Shown here: positions 1-8,437 of the stretch, piece after piece
Layout: every line of letters starts with the position of its first letter
Position numbering within the stretch: the first letter of the stretch is position 1
Assembly (NCBI GenBank): GCA_963751345.1
Contig: CAVVUS010000029.1
Coordinates: 1-27,656, forward strand
Direction: 5' to 3'
Source of the DNA: an uncultured Chloroflexia bacterium
GTDB lineage: Bacteria; Chloroflexota; Anaerolineae; B4-G1; SLSP01
DNA: 27,656 nt
Notes under the pieces: model-generated
Database searches by the model: none
The model's input: only the letters and a program-made list of their open reading frames with translations
Told to the model about the DNA's origin: nothing
Made by a program: the position numbers and the translations under genes

Positions 1-12
1 CCCAGACTGCGG

Positions 13-1085
13 TCACCGCGCCAGCGTCACCGGCATCCCGGTCTCGCCCGACTCGTAGGCCGCCAGGAAGACCTCCAGGTCCTTCCGCCCCTCCTCGCCG
101 GGGATGTCGGGGGTGCGGCCCTCGAAGACGGCCTCGGCGAAGCGGTCGAAGTAGGTGACGTAGGGCTGCTCGTCAAACTCCCGTCAAGCGCGATCTGCGT
201 CCACTCGCCCTTGGTCAACCCCTCGACGTCCCTGTCGGTGTAGACCAGCAGCCCCTCGTCCACGAAGACGATCTGCCCGGCGGTGCCGAAGATGCGGTTG
301 CCCACGGCACGCGTCCCGCGCACGCCGCTCTTGGACGCGCCCGGCGCGCATGAGCCCGCCATAAAGGTACCGAGCGCTCCGTTCGAGTAGCGCAGGGTGA
401 CGACGATGAAGTCCTCGACCTCGACGGGCGTATGGTAAGTGTCGTACTCGGAGAAGACGCGCGTGACCTCCAGTCCCGTGACGTAGCGCAGGCGGTAGAT
501 GTCGTAGATGTAGTTCATGATCAGGATGCCGCCGCCGGCCTCGGCCTTCGACTTGCGCCACGTCGTCTGCACGCGCCCGGTGTAGCCGCCGGTCCAGTAG
601 CTGGCGGGCTTGTCGGCCGCGCCGTAGACCTGGGTCGCCATGACGTCGCCGATGGCGCCCCTGTCGATCAGCGCCTTGGCCTTTTCCGTCGCCGGCTGGT
701 AGCGCACCCCACCCTCCTTCGACGAACAGAGCACGCCGGCCCGCTTGCAGGCGGCGATCAGGGCATCCGCGTCCTCCAGCGTCGTCGCCATCGGCTTCTC
801 CACCACCACGTGCTTGCCCGCCTCCGCCGCCCGGATGCCCAGCGGCACGTGCAGGTAGTGAGGTGTGGAGACGATCACGGCGTCGACGTCCGGATTCTCA
901 AGCAGGTCGTCGAGCGAGGTGGAGCACGGGATCTCGAACTCGGCTTGGTAGGATGCGGCGATCTCCGGGACGGGGTCCACACCGGCGACCGCCTCGGCGT
1001 TGGCACAGCGTGCCAGCACGTGGCCCGTGTCCCTGTACGCGATCTCACCCAGGCCGATCAGGCCGAAGCGCAGTTTCTCAGTCAT
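13..1085 (-). CDS. Gfo/Idh/MocA family NAD(P)-dependent oxidoreductase (frameshift near 180)
   Basis: Starts MTEKLRFGLIGLGEIA (Rossmann motif) and has STPHYLH and VVEKPMA. GGAGG RBS at 1092-1096; ATG overlaps the upstream stop. After a 1-nt indel at ~180 the family-type C-terminus continues in another frame (EFDEQPYVTYFDRFAEAVFEGRTPDIPGEEGRKDLEVFLAAYES...LAR, TGA at 13-15). Confidence 0.88.
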
Positions 1086-1860
1086 CCAAAGCCTCCATGA
1101 ACTCGTGGAACTTGGTGATGTGGTGCGCGAGGACGGCCTCAGGGTCCTCCGGATCGATGATCTCGACCGAAAAGAAACCCTCGAAGCCATCCGCCGCCAG
1201 CAGGTCGAAGGAGCGTTGGTTGTCGGCGTCGGTCACGTAGGGATCTTCGAGAGCTGCGAAATGCACGTGGCGGACGTAGCCGCGGAGATGGCCGTAGGCC
1301 TCGTCGACGCCCTGCCCACGCTGGAGGTGGTGGCCGATGTGCCAGAGCACGCCGAGGTTGGCCGCTCCGGCCTCGTCGAGGATCTGCCGAGCCCACTGCC
1401 CCAGCATGTTCGTGTGGGTCTCGACCAGCACGACGACGCCGTGCTCTCCGGCCCAGGCGTCCACACTGGCGTACGACGCGGCCGCCAGCCCGATCACGTG
1501 GTTGCGCAGTGCGGAGTCGTCCTCGGGAAGGCCATCGCTGAAGGTGCGGATGTAGGGCGCGCCGACATCCGCAGCCAGCTCGACGTACCGCCGCAGCATC
1601 TCACGCTGCAGCACGTGGTCGGCGGGATCGGGGCTGTTGAAGCGGACGCTGGTCGCAATGCAGCTCGCTGCGATCCCCGCGTCGGCCAGCATCCGGAAGG
1701 TGGCGGCGCGCTGAGCCGGCGTCGTATCGAGCTCAACGCCGTGGGCGTGGCCCCACTCGGTGCGAAACTCGATGCCCTCGTAGCCATACCGCTGTGCCGT
1801 GCCGATCAGCTCGGAAAGAGTCTGCTTCGGGCAGACCGAACTCATGAACCCAGGCCTCAT
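1078..1860 (-). CDS. Sugar phosphate isomerase/epimerase family (xylose isomerase-like TIM barrel)
   Basis: GYEGIEFR, LAADVGAPYIRTF, VLVETH, LWHIGHH, RHVHF and FSVEI match the metal-binding TIM-barrel pattern. RBS GGAGGTG before ATG 1860. Confidence 0.85.
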   Translation of the reverse strand: MRPGFMSSVCPKQTLSELIGTAQRYGYEGIEFRTEWGHAHGVELDTTPAQRAATFRMLADAGIAASCIATSVRFNSPDPADHVLQREMLRRYVELAADVGAPYIRTFSDGLPEDDSALRNHVIGLAAASYASVDAWAGEHGVVVLVETHTNMLGQWARQILDEAGAANLGVLWHIGHHLQRGQGVDEAYGHLRGYVRHVHFAALEDPYVTDADNQRSFDLLAADGFEGFFSVEIIDPEDPEAVLAHHITKFHEFMEALDD

Positions 1861-1942
1861 CTGTGACACCTCCCTTTCCCATACCCCTCTGCCCACGATC
1901 CCTCTTGGCGAGATGCAGCGCGACTCAAAGGGATGGTGCCGA

Positions 1943-3046
1943 TCAGACGATCTCGAGCCCGTTGCGATCAGGGAGCAGGGGAAACGGCGCAGCGGGCAGC
2001 GTCTGGTACCAGTAGGCCACCGAACAGATGTCGTGCAGGCCCGGCAGATATCGCCCCTCGCTCCGCCAGCCCAACGCCTGGATCGTCACACGGAGATCCT
2101 GCTCGAAGCGCACGGGGTCCATCACGTGCCAACGATACATCGCGTGCCGGTGCTGGGCGCGATAGGTGCCGTCAGGTCGCAGGACCTGGTGCATCCCCAT
2201 GAAGGGCGTCGTGTAGGTGACGTATTGGCCGTCCAGTTCCCAGTCGTAGGAGCCGCCGAAGTAGTCCTCGGTGCCGGTTCCGCAGATCGTGGGGAAGGCA
2301 CCGTCCCCATCGATGTAGAACTTGACCTCGCCCTCGCCCCACCAGCGGTCGTTGTGGACTGCCCATCCCATCGATGTGCCGACGTAGTGGCCCTGCCCCT
2401 TCACGCCATCGAGGATCGTGTAGACCTCACCGTACGGAAGCGGGTTTGTGCGGCGAAACTGGGCATGGAAGTAGGCTGCATCGTCGGGCACGTCGGTCAG
2501 CGTGTAGTTGATCTGGTAGAAGCACGCCGCGCTCTCCGTCGGGTGCAGGTTCTCGAGCGTGACGCGGCAGTGCGTGCGAAAGGGCATCTCCCAGAAGCAG
2601 TTCATGCCCCGCACCGGGTTGACCGCGACCGGCAGCGAGTTGACCGGCGCGAAAGGGCCGCGCGTGGGCGCCCGCCGGTCCTGAAAGGCCCAGGGCGAGG
2701 CGAAGAAGTCAGGGACCGGGCACTCGATCGAGGGGCGATCCTGACCGTCCCAGTAGAACCGCAGGATGGACTCCCTGTTGATGATGGTCCCGCCAAACCA
2801 CATCGATTGGACCGCACCGGGACCATCGATGTCGGCGAGGACCCGGGTCGTGCCGGGCGGGACCGGCACGTAGGGAGCGCACTTCCAGCCCTGGCCCAGC
2901 TCACGCGCCGGCCCGTTGGGGTCGGCCGGCGCCATCCCGCCCTTCGCGCTCTCACCCGTGGGATTCTCGGCCGAGATCGACCGAGTCTTCGCCTGTGAGA
3001 GACGGGAGAGGTTCCCCAGGTGCAGCCCGAGACCATTGAAAGCCAT
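1943..3046 (-). CDS. DUF2961 / glycoside hydrolase family 172 protein
   Basis: TRSISAENPTGE N-terminus, GPGAVQSMW, and WWGEGEVKFYIDG...TICGTGTEDYFGG carrying both candidate catalytic Glu; YRWHVMDPVRF. RBS GAGGTG. No signal peptide. Confidence 0.9.
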   Translation of the reverse strand: MAFNGLGLHLGNLSRLSQAKTRSISAENPTGESAKGGMAPADPNGPARELGQGWKCAPYVPVPPGTTRVLADIDGPGAVQSMWFGGTIINRESILRFYWDGQDRPSIECPVPDFFASPWAFQDRRAPTRGPFAPVNSLPVAVNPVRGMNCFWEMPFRTHCRVTLENLHPTESAACFYQINYTLTDVPDDAAYFHAQFRRTNPLPYGEVYTILDGVKGQGHYVGTSMGWAVHNDRWWGEGEVKFYIDGDGAFPTICGTGTEDYFGGSYDWELDGQYVTYTTPFMGMHQVLRPDGTYRAQHRHAMYRWHVMDPVRFEQDLRVTIQALGWRSEGRYLPGLHDICSVAYWYQTLPAAPFPLLPDRNGLEIV

Positions 3047-3105
3047 TATGTCATCACCTCGCACTCGGATACATGCCCATCAGGCCACGAACGCCCAGCG
3101 AAACC

Positions 3106-3225
3106 GGTTCGTAGCAACGATTCCAGCTGCTGTGCGACAGGCAGCGCTCCCAGAACCGATGAATCGGTTACAACGAACCCTCACGTCGCGCAGTCAGGTT
3201 CGGCAGTAACGATTTCAATAGTTCT
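3106..3225. repeat. Degenerate REP-like inverted repeat cluster (GGTTCGTAGcAACGATT type)
   Basis: GGTTCGTAGCAACGATTC (3106) pairs imperfectly with GAATCGGTTACAACGAACC (3161-3179). A third copy GGTTCGGCAGTAACGATTTC starts at 3197. Confidence 0.55.
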
Positions 3226-3239
3226 GAGGTCTGACGTCC

Positions 3240-4043
3240 TTACCGCGCGCCGCACGCCTGAAGGCTGGCCTGGATGTGGCCGCGGGTCTCCGCGGCGATG
3301 ACGCAGCACTGCTCCAACGTGTAGTCCTTGGCCTTGGTGCCGATGACCTCCAGGTCGACCGGTCCCACATAGCCGCGCTCGTGCAGCACACGGATGTAGC
3401 CCACCAGGTCGATATCACCACGACCGTTGGCCTGCATGTTGGGCTCGCCGGGACCGTGCTGCCGCCCCTTGCAGTCTCGGATGTGCACGTGCTTGACCCG
3501 CGAGATCACCGCAGCAATGGCCTCGACGGGGTTCTCACCCGCGCGCCAGATGTGCGAGGGATCCATATCGATGCCGAAAGCGGGCGATACGATCGCTTCC
3601 ATCAGCCGTAGCGTCGTCGGCGTGTTGTAGATCGCCGCGCCCACGTGGGCCTTGACACAGAGCGTCACGCCGTACTTCTCAGCCAGCACAGATAGGTTAC
3701 CCAACGAGTCCACCGACTGCTGGAAGCTCTCCTCGTCGCCCGACTTGCCGCCGGGGCCACAGTTGATGACGGGAATGCCGATCTCGACCGCGGCCTGGAA
3801 GGCCGTCTCCATCACGCCCGGGTCCTGCGAGGGCTGCTCCATAGCCAGGAGCTCCAGCCCATAAGCCTGCGAAAGCCGCTTGATCTCGGGGGCGAGCTCC
3901 TGCCACCGGTCGAGCACCAAGTGCTCGCTCATGCCGTTGATGGCCGACAGCTCGATCCCGTCATAGCCCGCCATCGCCGTGTACTTGAACGCCGTCTCCA
4001 TATCGAATGCACCAAACAGAACCGAGTTGGCTCCAATCTTCAT
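3240..4043 (-). CDS. Sugar phosphate isomerase/epimerase family (IolE-like TIM barrel)
   Basis: MKIGANSVLF start, GYDGIELS, LCVKAHVG, IDMDPSHI, KHVHIRDC, GRGDIDL, VDLEVIG. RBS AAGGAG. Confidence 0.87.
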   Translation of the reverse strand: MKIGANSVLFGAFDMETAFKYTAMAGYDGIELSAINGMSEHLVLDRWQELAPEIKRLSQAYGLELLAMEQPSQDPGVMETAFQAAVEIGIPVINCGPGGKSGDEESFQQSVDSLGNLSVLAEKYGVTLCVKAHVGAAIYNTPTTLRLMEAIVSPAFGIDMDPSHIWRAGENPVEAIAAVISRVKHVHIRDCKGRQHGPGEPNMQANGRGDIDLVGYIRVLHERGYVGPVDLEVIGTKAKDYTLEQCCVIAAETRGHIQASLQACGAR

Positions 4044-4071
4044 TGGGGGTCTCCTTTGCGTGAGTGGTTGT

Positions 4072-5121
4072 CTACAGCGGAAACGCGATCCGCCGCCCTT
4101 CCTTCGCCGAGCGATAGGCGCCCAACACCATCTCCACCGAGACACGGCCATCCTCGGCCGTGACCGGCGGGTCGAGGTCGTACTTGAGACAGTCGATGAA
4201 CGACCGTGGGACGCCCGCGATGCGCTCGCCATGGTGAGGCGGGATCGGCATGCCCAGATCCTGCCACTGCGGGGCATCGCGCGTGTAGAGCTTGAGCGCG
4301 ACCGCGCCGGGCGGCGCCAGATGCGTGGAGACGAGGTCGTCGTAGTTCTGGATGAGGACGCCCTGGTCTCCATAGACCTCGGTGGTGTTCTCTCCAGCCA
4401 GCGTGACCGACGAGTTGAGCAGCACCACCATCGCGCCACTCGCATACCTGTAGATCGCGACGCCCGTGTCATCGGGCGCGACGTCCGTGACCGTGTTCTC
4501 GATCTCGGCCATCACGCTCGCCGGGCGCCCCATGATCCAGTGGATGAAGTCGGTGGCGTGCGAGGCGTCGTCCATGAACATGCCCATGTTCTTCTCAGGC
4601 TCGATGTGCCAATGGGTCGGCCCATTGACAAAGTCGTCGTTGAAGAGCACAGGGATGCAGTGGCGGCGGCGCAACAAGCTGATCCTGCCCAGCACACCGC
4701 TCTCCACGAGCTCCTTGATCTTCTGGTTCGAGGGATCGTGCCGCATCTGGTAGGCCATGACGAACTTCACGCCGGCCTTCTCCGCCGCATCCGCCATCCG
4801 GTCGCAGTCCTCCAGCGTCAGAGCCATCGGCTTCTGACAGAGAATGTGCTTCCCGGCAGCCGCCGCGGCCACGGCCATCTCGGCGTGCCGGTTGGTCTCC
4901 GTGGTGATGATCACGCCCTGGATGTCAGGATTGTCGAGCACGTCCTCCACATGCGGGGTGTAGTGCATCCCGTATGCTTCTGCCGCGGCCTTTCCACGCG
5001 CCTCGTTGTCGTCCCAGCACGAGACGAGGGAGACGTCGTCGTAGCCGAGCATACGCCGGCAGTAGGCCTGCGAGTGCCCGTGCGCGAAGCTGATGACGCC
5101 GATGCCGATCTTTGCGGCCAT
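4072..5121 (-). CDS. Gfo/Idh/MocA family oxidoreductase
   Basis: IGVISFAHGH (YcjS-like N-terminus), ETNRH, ILCQKPMA (Q replaces the usual E of EKP), GMFMDDASHATD. RBS GGAGG. Confidence 0.88.
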   Translation of the reverse strand: MAAKIGIGVISFAHGHSQAYCRRMLGYDDVSLVSCWDDNEARGKAAAEAYGMHYTPHVEDVLDNPDIQGVIITTETNRHAEMAVAAAAAGKHILCQKPMALTLEDCDRMADAAEKAGVKFVMAYQMRHDPSNQKIKELVESGVLGRISLLRRRHCIPVLFNDDFVNGPTHWHIEPEKNMGMFMDDASHATDFIHWIMGRPASVMAEIENTVTDVAPDDTGVAIYRYASGAMVVLLNSSVTLAGENTTEVYGDQGVLIQNYDDLVSTHLAPPGAVALKLYTRDAPQWQDLGMPIPPHHGERIAGVPRSFIDCLKYDLDPPVTAEDGRVSVEMVLGAYRSAKEGRRIAFPL

Positions 5122-5179
5122 GGGACCTCCAGACTAGCAGTCAGACTCTCAGTTAGCGGTTGTCGGTTGTCAGTTGGTC

Positions 5180-5274
5180 AACCTTGCGAAGGTCAGCGTC
5201 GTGCCCTGTAAATAGGGCTTCTTTGGGTACGGAGGTGCCTTGTTGTGAAGGCACAGCGTAACCTTCGCAAGGTT
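5180..5274. repeat. REP-like pair AACCTTGCGAAGGT / ACCTTCGCAAGGTT
   Basis: 14-bp inverted pair at 5180-5193 and 5261-5274, each a mini-palindrome (ACCTT-N3-AAGGT). The motif recurs at 6380-6444. Confidence 0.7.
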
Positions 5275-5289
5275 CAATCGGTTCAAGGT

Positions 5290-5348
5290 AGACCTTTGGG
5301 GTTTCCTTGTCCAGCACGTTTCTGATAATGAAGAAACCCCAAAGGTCT
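5290..5348. repeat. REP-like hairpin AGACCTTTGGGGTTTC...GAAACCCCAAAGGTCT
   Basis: Perfect 16-bp inverted repeat; the same element occurs at 16781-16841 and 19223-19283. Confidence 0.8.
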
Positions 5349-5360
5349 TCGGGTCGAGCA

Positions 5361-6350
5361 CTATAGATGTATCACCGCCCCGCTGTCGAGCGAGTCGATC
5401 GCGGCCTGCAACACCTTCTGCGCCGCGAGCCCATCGGCGCCGGAGGCGTCGATCTCGTCCGGCGCCGCGCCCTCTGTCACCTGTTCCAGGAACCTGTGAA
5501 TGCGGTTGCGGAAGGTGTCGTCGAAGTCGCGGTGCCCGCCGAAGACGGGATTCGTGAACTGCAGCTTGACGAAGTCGCCCGCCGGAAAGAGCGTGACCTG
5601 GCGCCACATGTCCTCCAGCACAAAGCGGCCCTTGGTGCCCGCGACCTCGCAGCGCTCCATCGGATGGCCGCGCTCGATGTCATAGGAGCCACTCAGGGTG
5701 CCCACCGCGCCGTTCTTGAACTGCATGTTGAAGGACGCCGTCGACCAGATCTTACGGCCCGGCGCCTTCGTGGCAAAGCACTGTACGGATTCGACGTCGC
5801 CGCAGAAGTGACGCATCACATCCACGGTGTGGGGATGCAATGATTTGATCATGTAGTTGGGCGAGCTCTCGTTGGGGTTCATGATCCACATCGCCATATT
5901 GATGAAGAGCAGGTGCCCGAGCCGGCCCTCGTTCTGCCACTGCTTGGCGATCTGGGCCGCCTGGGTGAAGCGGTGGTTCAGGTCGATCCCGTAACAGAGC
6001 CCCTTCTCCTTGGCCTTGGCGACCATCTCCTCGGCCTGCGGGATCTCGTTGCAGATCGGCTTCTCACCCAGTACGTGGCAGCCGGCCTCCAACACCTGCA
6101 GCGTCACCTCATAGTGATCGCTGCCGTTCTCGAAGCCGGCGGTCGCGATGCTGCAGACATCGGGCGAGAGCGCGTCGAGCATCTCTTGCGCATCGTAGAA
6201 AGCGGGCACGCCGAGGCGCGCCGCCGTCGCATCCGCGCGCTCCTTGATGATGTCGCAGACACCCACCAACTCGGCCAGCGGATCTTCTTTGTGCAGCGTC
6301 GCGTGCAGATTGCCGATCGGCCCCAGGCCGATAACGCAGGTTCGTAGCAT
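5361..6350 (-). CDS. Gfo/Idh/MocA family oxidoreductase
   Basis: MLRTCVIGLGPIGNLH, HVLGEKPI, own RBS GGGAGG before ATG 6350. Paralogue of 7197-8321 (shared G-x-ENGS-x-H segment). Confidence 0.88.
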   Translation of the reverse strand: MLRTCVIGLGPIGNLHATLHKEDPLAELVGVCDIIKERADATAARLGVPAFYDAQEMLDALSPDVCSIATAGFENGSDHYEVTLQVLEAGCHVLGEKPICNEIPQAEEMVAKAKEKGLCYGIDLNHRFTQAAQIAKQWQNEGRLGHLLFINMAMWIMNPNESSPNYMIKSLHPHTVDVMRHFCGDVESVQCFATKAPGRKIWSTASFNMQFKNGAVGTLSGSYDIERGHPMERCEVAGTKGRFVLEDMWRQVTLFPAGDFVKLQFTNPVFGGHRDFDDTFRNRIHRFLEQVTEGAAPDEIDASGADGLAAQKVLQAAIDSLDSGAVIHL

Positions 6351-6379
6351 TGTGTAGCCTCCCGGTTGTGCTACTCCAG

Positions 6380-6444
6380 ACCTTCGCAAGGTTCGAGCCC
6401 GAGTCCCGGCGCAGTTCCCGGGCTCGACCCACCTCGCGAAGGTT
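6380..6444. repeat. REP-like hairpin (ACCTTCGCAAGGTT family)
   Basis: ACCTTCGCAAGGTT-CGAGCCCG...CGGGCTCGA-CCC-ACCTCGCGAAGGTT forms a long imperfect stem between genes. Confidence 0.7.
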
Positions 6445-6445
6445 G

Positions 6446-7178
6446 TCATCCAATACCTCGGTCGGATACCCATATTGCGCCATCGCGGGCGCGAGGAAGT
6501 CGAACATCGTGTTGCCGTCGTCCCGACGCCAGCGATCCACGGCCTCCGGTCTGACCACGATCCTCGCCAAGCGGAAGCCGAGGAAGTCCTCCAGCCGCGC
6601 GAGCGTCTCATCCTGATTGAGGACGAAGTCCTCGAACCGCACCTCGATCCACTGCTCGGGCTTGGCGGTCGCGCGAACGAGGTCGTACTGGTATTTCCAC
6701 GAGATGGCCCGCCGGCGGCGCACATCCTCGGTCTCCGGGTACGCGATCCCCCACTTGGACAGATCGTCGGTGCCGTGTCTGGCCGAGGATGCAGTCGCGC
6801 GGGATTGCGCACCCAAAGGATGTACTTGGCCTCGGGGAAGAGCCGTAGGATCCACGGGAAGACGAGCGTCGTCTCCGGGATCTTCCACCCCTTGTGCTTG
6901 TCGGTGCTCTTCAGCACCGTCACGAGGTAGGTGTCGATAAGCGTCTTGAACTCATCCGGGATCTCGGCAGCATTCGCCGCATCCCAATCCCAGGTCAGGT
7001 CGCCGTGCCAGGTGACGTACTTCGCAAAGACCTTGCACGCGTCGTACATCGGCTGGGGCGGGAGCAGATCGCCGGAGCGGTTCAGCGGCTCTCCCATGAA
7101 GACGCCGCTGGTCATCAACGTGTGGGATATGGCGCGGGTCCCAGAGTGCCCGCGCCCGATGATGGTGATCAGGGACAC
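6446..7178 (-). CDS. Sulfotransferase-fold (P-loop, PAPS-binding) protein; frameshifted, 3' end approximate
   Basis: 5'-PSB-like loop IIGRGHSGTR and GWKIPE. Removing two extra bases (~6802, ~6783) restores the 3'-PB-like VRNPRDCILG, followed by VRFEDFV...LEDFLG...WRR...MAQYGY. The stop is probably TGA at 6446-6448 after another indel. Confidence 0.78.
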
Positions 7179-7196
7179 AGATTCTTCCTCCTGACC

Positions 7197-8321
7197 TCAG
7201 GCGAGCAGCCTGGGGTCGCCGTGGACCGTGGGCAGCGGGTGCGGCTGGACGAGCTCGCCACCCGACTCATAGGACTCAATCGCGGCCCAGGTATACTCCA
7301 GGGCCGCCAGGGCATCTCGCCCGGAGGCGCGGAGTTTGTCCTTCGCCACACCGTTGGTCACATCCTCCAGGAAGGCGTGGATCCGGCGCGGGAAGGTTTC
7401 TGAGAAGTCGGTGATCCCGGAGTTGGTCACGACCGGCGCGGGCGCGGCGCCCAGCACCAGGTTCTCCGGCTCCGCCGCCCCTTCAGAGCCCGGCGACGGG
7501 TAGAACGTGATTTTCTCGATGCAGTTCTCGATGCAGAAGGTGCCATGGGTGCCCGCGACCTCCACGCTCCACCACCCGCCCAGTCCAAAGGTCGCGTCGC
7601 CGCGCTGGCTCAGCAGATAGCCCACCGCCCCATTCTGGAAGCGCATATGGATGCTGTTGATCGAGAGCATCACGTCGCCGGACGACTTACGGAAGCTCGG
7701 ACGGTCCATGAAGGCCTGGACGTGGGTCACATCACCGCAGAAATAGCGCATCACACTGAAAGGATGATGCAGGAACGCCTTGACGTGGAAGTAGGGAAAG
7801 CCATCCGAGCGAGGCGCCTTCGAATACTGATACGTCCACTCTCCGCCCTGGAACCCCATTTTGTGCAAACAGTAGACGAGCTCGCCGATCTTGCCGCTGT
7901 CCATAAGCTCGCGCGCCTTCTCGGCGGGGGGCGTGAAGTAGTGATTCAGGTTGCATCCCAGATAGAGGTCGTCCTCGAAGGCCTTCTGCACCATCTGGCG
8001 CGCCTCACCGATATCATTTGAGATCGGTTTCTCGACCAGGACGTGCTTGCCTGCCTCCAACGCCTCCATTGCGGGATCGAAGTGCCAACTGCCGTTCTCG
8101 TACCCCCCCGTGGTCACGTCGACGACGTCGAGGTCCTCGTTGCGCAGCATGTCGCGCAAGCTATAGTAGGCGGGCACGCCGTACTTCTTCGCAGCGTCAT
8201 CCGCGCGCTCCTCGACGACGTCACAGACTGCGACCAGTTTCGACAGGGGATCATGTGTATGCGCCTGGGCATGGGTGTTCCCGATGCCGCGCATCCCGAC
8301 GAGACCAACTCTGAGTGCCAT
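7197..8321 (-). CDS. Gfo/Idh/MocA family oxidoreductase
   Basis: VGLVGMRGIGNTH, HVLVEKPIS, GRDALAALE. RBS AAAGGAG. Confidence 0.88.
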   Translation of the reverse strand: MALRVGLVGMRGIGNTHAQAHTHDPLSKLVAVCDVVEERADDAAKKYGVPAYYSLRDMLRNEDLDVVDVTTGGYENGSWHFDPAMEALEAGKHVLVEKPISNDIGEARQMVQKAFEDDLYLGCNLNHYFTPPAEKARELMDSGKIGELVYCLHKMGFQGGEWTYQYSKAPRSDGFPYFHVKAFLHHPFSVMRYFCGDVTHVQAFMDRPSFRKSSGDVMLSINSIHMRFQNGAVGYLLSQRGDATFGLGGWWSVEVAGTHGTFCIENCIEKITFYPSPGSEGAAEPENLVLGAAPAPVVTNSGITDFSETFPRRIHAFLEDVTNGVAKDKLRASGRDALAALEYTWAAIESYESGGELVQPHPLPTVHGDPRLLA

Positions 8322-8437
8322 CTATGTGCTCCTTTGTAGTACCTAGTATCGTTAGCCTGACGAATGACGGATGATCAGAGATCAAGGACCTTGCGAGCCG
8401 TCAGGGCCGCCTGAGCCCGGCCCGCGATCGCGGATGC

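Noticed and set aside
1000-5211. Long plus-strand ORFs (1000-1866, 1799-2998, 3979-5211; likewise 8708-9880 and 15890-16807)
   Set aside because: Antisense shadows of real genes, expected in high-GC DNA; no recognisable motifs.
5180-5348. CRISPR array or IS ends from the recurring palindromes
   Set aside because: The repeats are inverted pairs scattered between genes, not regularly spaced direct repeats with spacers; no cas or transposase genes.
5361-7178. 605-aa sulfotransferase-oxidoreductase fusion in the ORF track
   Set aside because: The middle third is off-frame sequence caused by indels at ~6783-6802, and the oxidoreductase has its own RBS and ATG at 6350.
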